Shown here one piece after another: positions 40,767 to 53,473 of a stretch of DNA of 57,696 nt. The translations under genes and the position numbers were made by a program. The stretch's first letter is position 1; each line of letters opens with the position of its first letter. Below the pieces are notes generated by a model. It ran no database searches and had not been told where the DNA came from. It saw nothing but the letters and a program-made list of their open reading frames with translations. The stretch spans positions 9,707,353 through 9,765,048 of the forward strand of contig NC_068994.1 in the NCBI RefSeq assembly GCF_001194135.2, read 5' to 3'. The DNA is from Octopus bimaculoides (taxonomy: Eukaryota).

Positions 40767-41386
40767 GCGCTGATAAGTGTGAAAGACCGCGTGCGTATCG
40801 AACTAGAGAGCTTAATGAGATACCTAGCCCAAACTAAGGAAATTTTGCTAGTGACACTTAGGAACGAGGGAGTATTGAAAAAAAAAAACAAAGGAAGACG
40901 TACAAAAGGGACATGAAGAAGAATTTACGCAAGGAACTACACAATCAATTCCATATAGCCACAGCAGAGGTTGTAGAAAAAATAGGTGGGATTGGCTGAT
41001 GAAAGAAACGCTAAAAAAAGAGATCGGGAGCAGCACATGCAATGATCCGGTGCGGTCACCTGACCAGACATCGAAACCGGACATTGTTGTGGTGAACAAA
41101 AGAAAAAAAAAACACGTATGGTGATCGACATAGCATGCCTCGGTGACAACAGGATCAATGTGAAAAAAGAAGAAAAAATAAATATCTTTGACGATTTGAT
41201 GCACTTGGAAATATCAGTACTCAACGACCAACATAGTTGAAAAATATTGGTGCAAGTTGGAAGGTAGAACACCTACAAAAGTCATCTTGGAAGTGCAAGA
41301 ATTCTTCGCAGGATTCTTGAAGCATGACCAGCAAACACATAAACTAATAATAGCAACAACAACAATAACAATAATAATACTAATAC

Positions 41387-41423
<37 letters not shown>

Positions 41424-41435
41424 CATTATCATTAT
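40767..41435 (+). mobile_element. R4/Dong-clade non-LTR retrotransposon 3' portion with restriction-like endonuclease motif and (TAA)n tail, internally deleted
   Basis: With frameshifts it reads ALISVKDRVRIELESLMRYLAQTKEILL...EGVL, KELHNQFHIATAEV, RWDWLMKETLKKE, KPDIVVVNK..MVIDIACLGDNRINVKKEEKI and LQKS..LGSARILRRILEA* (stop 41325-41327), followed by an AAT-rich tail. The PD..D REL signature is present. The CCHC finger region appears deleted. Confidence 0.85.
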
Positions 41436-41510
41436 TTTTAGTTCTACTCTAGGCGCAAGGCCTTGAACATTTTGGGGAGGGGGTTAGTTGATTATGTCGA
41501 TCCCAGTGGC
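41436..41510 (-). mobile_element. SINE 3' end
   Basis: ttctactctaggcgcaaggccttgaacattttggggaggggttagttgattatgtcgatcccagtgg is the reverse complement of the SINE 3' end. Confidence 0.75.
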
Positions 41511-42769
41511 AGAGATTTTAATGAATACCCTCCAGAAATCTCTCTCCTGAGGGAAATTTGTCACGGCCCCCTCGTATTGAATCATGCATGCAAAACGAGG
41601 AAGCTAACCTTGTTTCGTGGCTACTATCTTCCTTCCGTCTGCGCACAACTGAAGTGTGTAATGATTTTTAACAGTAATTGTCATGCGTAGAACTGATTCA
41701 CCTCTTCAGGAAACCTGAGTGCATCAGGTAGTTATGGTGGAAGCGGTGTTATGATAGATATCTCTGAAAGAACTGAAGGTAGGAACTCGGACACATCCTC
41801 ATTGAACATTGCAATTTCCATATTAAAAAAAGGTATCGAGTCGAAGAGTTTTTCACCCGAGTATTTCGTTAGAAGGAGAGGAAAAGTTGTGAAAGTGATA
41901 AGGGTAGTTTAGTGTATTTTAAGCATATACCTGAATGTCGGAGAACGATATTTGAGATACAACAGTCTCTTATGTTAGAGTTATGTCTCAAGCTACTGCT
42001 ATCTAGCACCTTCGGATGATCACAACACAACCGCTACACGACTGCTACTCGACCGCTACTCAACTACTACTTAACACACCTACCACGGCCAGACTACTTT
42101 TATTTATACGTCTTGGGAGATCCTAATTCTTCGCTTGGGAGCGTCGACACAACAATTACTAACGGTGAGGCTGGAGCTATTGTATTCCGTTTTGAGTCTT
42201 CGCTGGAGGTCCACCTGTATCTAGAAAACTGCATCACCATCACTTATCAGAATGCTGCGTATAATTTGTAGATATTTTCAGTTTTCCTCATTCAACATTT
42301 TTCTTTTGTAAAACATCATATTCTCTACAAACTGTCTTGGTAAATTTCCCCTAATTTCACACCGTTGCTGCAAACTGAAGAAATAATCATAATCATCGTT
42401 AAAACGGCGCGAAAGCAGAATCCTTACCACGCCAGATACTTTAAAATATTTATTCCCACTGAGTAATTTCTGAGGTCGATTCTGTCTCTCAGAATTTCAA
42501 AATATAAGCACCAGTTTAGGGCTGGGGTTAATATAATCGGCTTCTCGCTTCTTTTACAACTTGCTGACCATGTGTTGAATTTAGTAAAAGTTGGTATCAA
42601 CGGCGTCAACACTACGCTCACCATTGCCGTCGTGACGACCGTCATTTTCAAGAATATTAATGTTTTGCTGTTGATCTCATTTCCGTTTCTTGAAAATATT
42701 ATAAATTAAAAATTAAAAATAAAAATATTTATGATCAATTTTAGCACTTGCAAAAATTCTCCATTACAT

Positions 42770-43790
42770 ACATATAAACAAACACGCACACATACATACT
42801 CGCAAATATAAATATAAATAAATACATAAACATACATATGTATAAGCATACATACACACAGACGTATATATGATATAGATACACACATACATATTCATAT
42901 GCATACATGCGCACACGTAGAAACAGACGCTTACATACAAACATATTCATGAAAACACATACATACATATATACATACAAACATACACATACATATATAC
43001 ATACATACATACATACACATAAATATATACATACATGCATACATACATACATATATACACACATACATATATATGTATATACATATATGCATATATACAT
43101 GCATATATATGTATATACATACATGCATATGTATANNNNNNNNNNNNNNNNNNNNNNNNNNNNNNNNNNNNNNNNNNNNNNNNNNNNNNNNNNNNNNNNN
43201 NNNNNNNNNNNNNNNNNNNNNNNNNNNNNNNNNNNNNNNNNNNNNNNNNNNNNNNNNNNNNNNNNNNNNNNNNNNNNNNNNNNNNNNNNNNNNNNNNNNN
43301 NNNNNNNNNNNNNNNNNNNNNNNNNNNNNNNNNNNNNNNNNNNNNNNNNNNNNNNNNNNNNNNNNNNNATATATACATATACATACACGAACACATACAT
43401 ACATGCACACATACATGCACACATACATACATGCATATATATGTATATACATATATACATCCATATATACATGCATACATAAATACACACGTACATACAT
43501 ACACACACACATATATATATATATATATAGATATGTATGTATATACATATATACATACTTATACGTATACATACACACATACATGCACACATACATACAC
43601 ACTCATATATATACACACACATATACACTTATGTACATACAAAAAAACATACATACATACATACATACATACATACATAAAACCATAAACATAACATATG
43701 TTTGCACAATATTCTCTCTCACTATTTACTTCACACTCTGTTTCCCTACTTTAAATATGCGCACAGAGACAGACATACACACTTAGACCT
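42770..43790. repeat. Compound (TACA)n/(TA)n/(CA)n microsatellite field with internal gap
   Basis: Read directly; explains the Y/I/H/T-rich ORFs at 42.7-43.8 kb. Confidence 0.95.
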
Positions 43791-44315
43791 AAACATTTAC
43801 GTATTCATACGCAATATAACACCACAGCATATCGATAAGCGAGATGAACATTAGCGTAATTATTCGCATGAAACCGTGTGAAATATAACTAAATGTTTTC
43901 CTATAATTTATTTTAGAACATCGCTCACCATATTAGAAAAAAACAATGTTTTGATATAATAAACGCAGGAGATATAAATGGCTCCACTGCATAACGATTC
44001 AGAATACTTTTCAAGCAAATTAGGTTAAAACAAAATTTTCTCTGTTAACAAAACTTATGTAAAACTGATTTATCAGTAACACGTTTCATAATACATACAG
44101 TCGTGGCTGGTTATTGATATTTGGAGTGTGTATGTCCCTGTGTATATACACACATATATAAATATAGACACAAACACATACAAACATAGGAACACACTTA
44201 CACTCACACGCATCACATAGGAGCACGCGTGTGCGTATGTGTGTGTGCGCGTGTGTATGCGTTTGGAGAAAAGGAAAAAAGGAGATACATATATATATAT
44301 ATACACACACACACG

Positions 44316-44357
<42 letters not shown>

Positions 44358-44609
44358 CAGATATATAAATGCATGCNNNNNNNNNNNNNNNNNNNNNNNN
44401 NNNNNNNNNNNNNNNNNNNNNNNNNNNNNNNNNNNNNNNNNATATATATATATATATATATATATATATACGTACATACATACACATTCGTATTTAGAGA
44501 AAATGGAAGAGATACATCATCTATCTATCAATCTATCGACCTCTCTCTCTCACTCTCTGTATGTATACATAGATAGCTTTATATATACACATACATACAC
44601 ACACATACA

Positions 44610-44645
<36 letters not shown>

Positions 44646-45059
44646 CAGATATATAAATGCATGCATCAAACATCTCTCATTTTCGTATGCTATGCGTGTG
44701 CGGGTGTATGTGTGTCTATGTGGACGTGACTTTAAGTCTGTTATGCATGTTTGTAAGATACATTGAAGTCATTAAGAGAGTAATAACAAGTCGTGATTTA
44801 AAACAGCAATAATTAAATATCGAGAATAAATACTTTAGTGTATTTATTCTCATCTCATCTCATTTTATATTTAAATTCTGATAGTACATTTCACCAAATT
44901 ATTATCGAGAAAAACAATCGTAATTGCACAGTCGATTATCTACACGGCTACATCAACCACGCTTTGCTAGTAAGCAATAATCCCGATTACTTATATAGCA
45001 TCAGAAGACAAGAAACGGGGGATTTTTTTGACAACTTAATTTTCTGTGTACTTTGTGCC

Positions 45060-45569
45060 ATGGTAGAATCTGTTCTATATGCCACAAAAGTTGTTTGCTG
45101 GAAACCCAGGAATTCTTAAAGTTCAGTATCTCAGGGACAGCATGCAGGTTAGTCTACTTCATATTCACCAAAGCCCCGAGTCTCCACGAATACACATGTA
45201 AGTCGTTACAGAATGCAATTGTTGACATGCCGCCGATCCATGCAAAAAAGTTATTGCCGAACTGTGGATATCGAACTGTGAATATTTCCAAGCTCCCAAT
45301 ATTTAATGCTTTAATTTATAGGTTACTCTTTTACAATCCACGATAACTGTTCCTTTGTAGTATAGCAGTACTGGTGCGGATAGCAAGAACTCATATACCA
45401 AAATGCAGATATTCTCAATAATATGAAAAAATACAATTCATTAATGCGATATTGCACTCTAGAGATGTTGTTTATGATATGAGAGCCATAATCATTTTGT
45501 GCAAATGTGTCCAAAACATAGTTGACACATGAATATGTATATGACTATGGTTGTGATGGCAAAAAGCTG

Positions 45570-45603
<34 letters not shown>

Positions 45604-45888
45604 CATACATACATACATACATACATACATACATGTATACGCATATATGTGCATGTCTATTTCTCTAACTCTCTCTCTGTTTATATATATATATATATAT
45701 ATAATCCAAGAAAGTTAAGAGTCGTGAATCCAACCCAGTAAGGGATAATATCTATTCAATATACTGCCGGAAGGATACCCAATAACTATTACACTAGTGA
45801 TTTTACCAAGTGCAATAAATGGGTGCGGGTAAAATGAAATTTTCCCTTAATTTATAAATCCTCCCATTTTCTTATTGCTATACACACA

Positions 45889-45924
<36 letters not shown>

Positions 45925-46096
45925 CATATACGTATTTATATATATTCAAACGAATTAATTGTGTGTTGGTGGAGACTTGGAGCATTGATGTATATGAAGT
46001 AGAGTGACTTGCATGCTGTCGTCGAGATTCTGGACTTCAAGGACTCATAGGTTACCAGCAAACAGTTTTTGTGGCACATAGAGCAGATTCTACCAT
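45060..46096. repeat. Diverged inverted repeat pair: 45060-45196 (+) and 45960-46096 (-)
   Basis: Ungapped 137-nt alignment with about 25 mismatches by my manual count (~82% identity). Weaker similarity continues upstream of both copies. Confidence 0.85.
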
Positions 46097-49000
46097 AACT
46101 CGACTGCGTTTTCATAATCTCTCTTGCAAATGGTTGAAAAAAGCCAGCAGTTTGTCTTTGCCTGTGGTGTTGGAGTTGGTACAGAATTTTCGAAACGTTA
46201 CTTGGGTTTTCTTGAACGGCCTTAGAGCAGAGATCTACACTCTGTACACTTGCTTGCAAAAGAACAGTGTTAGGAAGCAGATATGTCTCAACTGGCATGT
46301 TTTATATCATATGCTTATATTGTATCCCACGTTTTCTGTACTCTGTACAAAATCTCTACTTTGTAAATCGTAACTACATCCAAAGTCTTCGTTGTAATAG
46401 TGAATGATATTAACATTATCAGCGTCAATACTATTTTGAAATTAACAACAGTTGCACCATATCCAGCAAACTTTTTTCTTTTTACTATAGCTTTGTATTG
46501 CTTGAAGTAATGTACGCTATTTGGTTTCTCTTTTTAAGAACCAGATGATTATTTACTTTGTTTTCTTCTTGTTTGGAGCTGAAGGAATGCATTTGCTTTC
46601 TGCCGCGAGGCATTCCAACAAATGTAGAAAAAAAAATACACAAAGCTTGGCATCCTTGAAATTGATGGTTGCAGGAGTCTTTCATAACGGAACTATATAT
46701 ATATATATATATATNNNNNNNNNNNNNNNNNNNNNNNNNNNNNNNNNNNNNNNNNNNNNNNNNNNNNNNNNNNNNNNNNNNNNNNNNNNNNNNNNNNNNN
46801 NNNNNNNNNNNNNNNNNNNNNNNNNNNNNNNNNNNNNNNNNNNNNNNNNNNNNNNNNNNNNNNNNNNNNNNNNNNNNNNNNNNNNNNNNNNNNNNNNNNN
46901 NNNNNNNNNNNNNNNNNNNNNNNNNNNNNNNNNNNNNNNNNNNNNNNNNNNNNNNNNNNNNNNNNNNNNNNNNNNNNNNNNNNNNNNNNNNNNNNNNNNN
47001 NNNNNNNNNNNNNNNNNNNNNNNNNNNNNNNNNNNNNNNNNNNNNNNNNNNNNNNNNNNNNNNNNNNNNNNNNNNNNNNNNNNNNNNNNNNNNNNNNNNN
47101 NNNNNNNNNNNNNNNNNNNNNNNNNNNNNNNNNNNNNNNNNNNNNNNNNNNNNNNNNNNNNNNNNNNNNNNNNNNNNNNNNNNNNNNNNNNNNNNNNNNN
47201 NNNNNNNNNNNNNNNNNNNNNNNNNNNNNNNNNNNNNNNNNNNNNNNNNNNNNNNNNNTATATATATACATATAGATACATATGTATGCATGTATGCATG
47301 TATACATGCATGTATCTATACATATGTTGAAATGTAAACAACGATCACATTGAACGCTGTAAAATGTTGTAAAATGCAAAAGAAGATCGAAATATCGAGA
47401 GTTAAAAGCTTCTGTATATGCTTTAACTTGAACGTTCCCATGTATATGAACAAAAAAAAAAAATAATAAATAAATTTCATGACCAAGTTTGGCAGCTACA
47501 ACAAAAGATGGAAGGATAAAAACATAAACAAAACAACAAATGCCACTCAATATCCTACTTCAAACCTTCCGTGCTCTGGGAATAACTGGATCTTAAGGAG
47601 ATCTCAGTAAATATAAGGCAATGACAAGTATATATCACCAAGAATCATTCAGCGGTATCATACGTACTTGTAGAACAGAGGTGCAAGTGTACTGTCATAG
47701 CCATGTGTTCTCTGAAAGAGGGAAGGAAGAGATCACAATCTATTAGAAGGTATATTCATGCGATAAACAAAACAAGGAGAGTGTTACCGCTGCTACTTCT
47801 CCTACTAATGCTGCTGCTAATGTGATAATATTGCTTGACTGCGCTGACAAATAGGAAGAGAAAACATAAAGATGCATTCCTACTTATTATCAGAAATATT
47901 TACCGAGCAGGTTGAGCACTGACACTCGAAATATTTCCTCTTTAACACAGACGCAGAACGAAGGTTCAGTCACATTTCAAATTTATTCGCTTGCATGGGA
48001 CTTCTGTAAACGTGGTAATCCAAGATGGACTATGATGAAGGCTGTCCGAAAATGGCTACCTTACTTTAAAGTATTTCAGAATTAAGATACCGCCGTTCGT
48101 CAAATCCAAGGTCTTACGAAGGGAAAAGAAAGTCGATGGAGGAAATAATGGACGAAACAATGGACAAAATCACTAAGGACAAGAGGTAAATTACTTTCTC
48201 TCACAAATTTCAGAAGGACACTTCGTTTAACTGCCCCGATCTAACAACAAATTAAAGAAAAGAATCTTTCCCGATATAGTTCCGAATTTGTCATTAGCCA
48301 TATTTAAATTCCGAGAGGTAGTCAGTAGAAATTCTCCTGGGGGACAACGATGTGTAGATTTCTTTAGGTCAGGGCCTATGTTGTTATGACTGGTGTTTCA
48401 TGATTTGGTGTTACGATTTGATGTTATGATTGGTGTTTCAGCTCACGTGGTTGTAGAATGTTAGCTGAAAAAAATCTTAACTGTTTATACAACGATGGAA
48501 AAAATACAGTTAGGGTTCATAAGATCGATAATTTTCTCGCCGATAAGTAGGCGAAATAAATTATATCTTCGAAGCAATGTGCGATGTGATGACTTGCTAC
48601 TAACTACCCATTATGATGGAGGGATGCAACGACACTTTGGATATACTGAGATGTTTCCAGTTGTTTCAAATAGTTGCGCCAATGTGCAAATTTCGACCAT
48701 ACTTGGAGTAATACATAGAACAGGCGACAGGATCTTTTATAGACTCTCAGATAAACACGTGACACGATTTTGATATGTGTAATTAACCTAAACGTCATAT
48801 TTCTACTGGGAACCGGGACCTGACACTTGCATATTACGTTTGTGTCGCTGAGTTCATATAATGAACAAATTAGAAAGCTAGAGATGAAAATAGAAACGAG
48901 ATAGACGTAAGAGATAGAATGAGCGTAAATATTAAAGAATCAGTAAAATATAATAAACAAGTAGTAGAAAGAGTCATTATGAGTAAATTGATCTTGTAAA

Positions 49001-51060
49001 ATCTGTCGGAAGGGGATCTATAATCGAATTAGTGACAATGAGAATTGCACTTGAAACTGTTCCCGAAATTAAATGCTAAACACGTGTACTAAGGAACCAC
49101 GAGTTTCAAGCTTTTCGATGGCAATTGAGAAATAATACAGGATTTGACAGACTATGTAGGCGAGTGACATCAAACAAATATAGGTGTTTTTAATACTTCA
49201 AAGAGAACTTTATCAGTAATATCTGCATGAACGGTCGTATGGAGACAGTCTGCTTGCGCGTTTCGCTCGACAGAGATCCATAATTTTCCCTCACTTATCA
49301 TTACTGCATGTCCTACGTGTTCACTTCTCTTGATAACTCTGTTCTGCAGCTGCCAAGATATAGAGAGAACTCCTACTTAAGTGGTTTCGAGAAAAACGAC
49401 GCCGCTAAAAAGGAAAGAATTTGTCGGTAATTTGATGACAGTATCACTGACAATCGCTTTGTTACTGGTCAGAACATGTTAACATCATTGAACAGATGTA
49501 ATTACATTCAATCATTTTCAGTAAAGAAAAGCCTTTGTTGCAACCAAGGTCGGAGGATTATTATACTACAATCCGGCTAAATTTTCCTCGGCCCAACACT
49601 ATTCTGCAATGAAGCTTTTGAAAAAGAATACGTTTTTAATGCAGGGACAGAATACAAAAGGATGTACATTAGAAAAAACAAAACATAAAAATCACATGGC
49701 ATAGTTCAAACCGAAATTCAGTAACGTAGTACCAAATATTATAAGCAAGAGACCAATCAACCTAAATCAGCTACAACACCACAAGATACCGAGAACACAC
49801 TACCATTTTTTTTATACATTGAGAGATCGACGCAAAGCGCTAACATCATGTACAAATGCGGCGGATCAAATCCACAAGAAAGGTTAAAGAAAATTACCTG
49901 AAATTACCGATAATTTCAGCTAATTTAATCTTAAAAAGTCAGTACCTGAAAAATGCGTACGTTAAAAGAACCGTCAGGAGGCCAATAACAATGAAGTAAG
50001 CAACGAATTGTCGTATGAAATGATAACTTCCATATCCATAGACATCGGCTTAACAAAAAAATCATTAGAGACGTAGATTTAAACGATAGAAAGAGACAAA
50101 ACATAAAGAAAAAAAGACAAGCGAGAAATATCGAAAACAGGCAGCTCTCGCGTGACGATTATTACCGTACGAAACAGGATGTGCGAGAAGTAACATCGCA
50201 CCTATTCAGTTACAAAGACTAAAATGTTCTAAATCTTTTCTCGAATATTCTATTCATCTTGCACAGAAAACTGAAAATTTCCAATGGTATGGGCATATAT
50301 ATATATATATATCAGTTTATCCCCTATTTCATTAATACTGTTTTAACCCAACCGCCTCTACGAAGTTCTTGCAGTAAATCTACGGGTAACAACAGGTAAT
50401 CGAAACTGTGCCTGTGCTTTACTCATCATCGTACAATTTCTCCATTAATATATATTTATATTTAGAAACGTACATGTGTGTGTATGTGTTCGAGTATGAA
50501 CATATGTATTATGGCAAATATATTGAATAGTACGCACATGAAATTAGAAACACACAATGAAAAGTATACACTTACAAGCACATAAACATATTTGCTTCAG
50601 ATTTATCAGTTAACAATAAAATAACAGTGTGAAAATTAAATAAAACTGCCATAATTGTTACTTCCCCGTATAGACAACGAGAAAATAATTATAGTATAAT
50701 AGCATTTAAAAACAATTTTGATTGCGTGTACTAATATAGAAATTAAACAACGAGATATTACAAAGATGATGAGTGATTAAGAAGCAGAGATAGAAAGAAA
50801 CAGAGAGGAAATTGGAGAGCGAGTGAGGAGTAACGGATAATGAAAAATATATGTTTAGAAATTTTATATCAAATATGTGGTTATCAGACTTCGAAATCAG
50901 AGGATTTGGGGCATTAATAATGTTCTCTTCGACAGTTATTTCATTCTTCCCCATTTTTTGTCTGGAAAATATGATATGCACTATCATTTTTTATATATAA
51001 TTATAGCCATAGAATTTCATTTTACTATAATTATCCATACAAATACACACGCAAATCATT

Positions 51061-51061
51061 G

Positions 51062-51125
<64 letters not shown>

Positions 51126-51471
51126 ATGATTGTATGTGTGTCTCTGTGTGTGTCTGTATGTGCATGTGAGAGGGAGAGAGTGTGCGTGCGTGAGGGCGGG
51201 AAAGCGTGTGATATATGTGTGTTTCCTTTAGTACGTATATTGAATGTATACATATACATATAGAGTGAAAGGGAGAGAGAGACAGAACAAGAGAGAGAAG
51301 GAAGGAAAGAGAAAGACAGAACAGTAGGAAGGAGTATATGCAAGTATATGCAAACGCACGAACACACACATATGTCAACATGCACACATGCATAGGCATA
51401 TATATATATAAGCATATATATGTGTATACATACACATTTGTGGGTGGGTGTGCGTACGTATGTGTTTTTAG

Positions 51472-51526
<55 letters not shown>

Positions 51527-51742
51527 TATATATGATTTATATAAATAGATAGATAGAGAGACAGACACGTAGATAGACAGACAATCAGACAGACAGATAG
51601 ATTGATAGATACATACATAGATATAGACATACATACATACATAGGTACGTAAATGCACACACACACATACGTATATATGTTTAAATGTATATTAAAAATA
51701 CTTATATTTACATAGTAATATATGTGTGTATCTATGATTATA

Positions 51743-51802
<60 letters not shown>

Positions 51803-51830
51803 GTTATTTATGTTTGTATGTATACAAAAA
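51061..51830. repeat. Compound TG/GA/TA/GATA microsatellite field
   Basis: Read directly from the sequence. Confidence 0.95.
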
Positions 51831-52374
51831 GAAAAGTTAAAAACACACTGATATCTATATATGTGTATATGTGGTTAGATGTATATATCTCTCTATTCAG
51901 TTCTATACACTTGACTGGATTGTTGCTAATACAAACATATTGACTTCCATTTAATAATATATTTAGATATTTATAACACAAAATTCCGTGTTTCCAACAC
52001 TATATATTTACATGTTTATTCTCGTTTTTATTATCCCTTTATCAATAATAGCTTTTCCGCTCTCCATCTCCTACCTTCTCCCTCTTTCTCTTTTCACACA
52101 CCTTTATATATGTGTACAATGCATATCTATGCATCCCTCTATCTATTTTCCTCACAGTCTATCTTTTTATCTATCTATGTTTAAATGCTTCTGTGTATAT
52201 GCGAATCTGTATTTGTGTGTTTGTGTGTGTACATAAATATATGTATGAGTGAGACCGTCTGATGTTTATGACATATTCGGATAAATTTTTGCGGTAAACA
52301 TTCCGCTTCTCTGCGCTGTGATGTGAAATTCTGTGATGGTCAACCTCGCCTTTCGAAGATCATAAACATATATA

Positions 52375-52940
52375 AATAGAGAGTGGCCATAAAGTCACTA
52401 AAATTCACCATAAAGCCGATATTGCTCATTGGAAGGAGGCTGATAATCAACAAGGCGGGGGCAAGATAATGGTGTGGTTTTTGGCACAATCAAGTAATTG
52501 AACCATTTTATTCTGAGGGCTCTGTGACAGGTAATTCATATCTAGACATGCTTGGCAACAAGATGATGCCTCACGTGCATTAACTTTGAAGAGGAAATCC
52601 AGTCTGGTTTCAGAAGGATTGGGCTACGGCCCATTATGCATTAAAGGTTCGTGATTTTCTGAATGAACATTTTCCAAGAAGATTGCTCGGGCATCGCGGG
52701 CGAAGTGACTGGGCATCACGCTCACGAGATTTATCTCCCATTGACTTTTTATTCTGAGGCTACATTAAACCCCTTGTGTATTCTGAAAAGATTCGTGACC
52801 GAGGACATCTTCAAAGAACTGTAATTGCGGATTCCGATCTATTCATTACTGCGATTGTTTTCGGCGAGTCTTTCTATGATCTTTTGCGACGACTATGATT
52901 GTCATTGGAGGAAGCGACTGCAACAAATTCTCCAAAACAA
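52375..52940 (+). mobile_element. Tc1/mariner DD41D-type (rosa/Visitor-like) transposase fragment, decayed
   Basis: Reads KIMVW...VIEPFYSEGSVTGNSYLDML...PVWFQKDWATAHYALKVRDFLNEHFPRRLLGHRGRSDWASRSRDLSPIDFLF*GYIKPLVYSEKIRD. There are 41 residues between Asp codons 52617 and 52743. A TIR-like agagtggccataaagtcact lies at ~52378. Confidence 0.85.
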
Positions 52941-53419
52941 GTCAGAGATCTATTTGCAGAATTTCCCATTCAGGGTTAGTTGCTTAAAAGCTATATACAT
53001 GTATGTCTATAAGTATGTATGTATGTACGTATTAATCTATGTACGTATGTATGTGTGCATGCATGTCTGTATGTTCGTATATGTGCGTTTGTGTGTAAAT
53101 GGAAGCTGCTACATATTACAATTGAATACGGTACCTCATGATTGCGAAACGAACTTCTTAACTTTAACGCCATAAGTGCTTCCAAATCTGTTTATGTGTG
53201 ATTGTTCAAGCATTAGTATTTGTGTATATAAGTGTTGCTTGCAATTTGACCCCGGCAAAACTTTGGATACATGTTATTCTTAGCTTCGACGCGAAAAATA
53301 TTTCCATCCTAAAATTTCGTTGTAAAGTCTAGGACGTTATTTACGAATCGTTAAACCTGCATATTTGAAGACAGGAAATTAATGTCTGCAAGAAGTGAGA
53401 CAACGGTAGTTACAAATAC

Positions 53420-53473
<54 letters not shown>

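Noticed and set aside
44300-44665. Repeated (TA)n-tgaacagatatataaatgcatgc segment
   Set aside because: The first copy ends at a gap; likely an assembly duplication.
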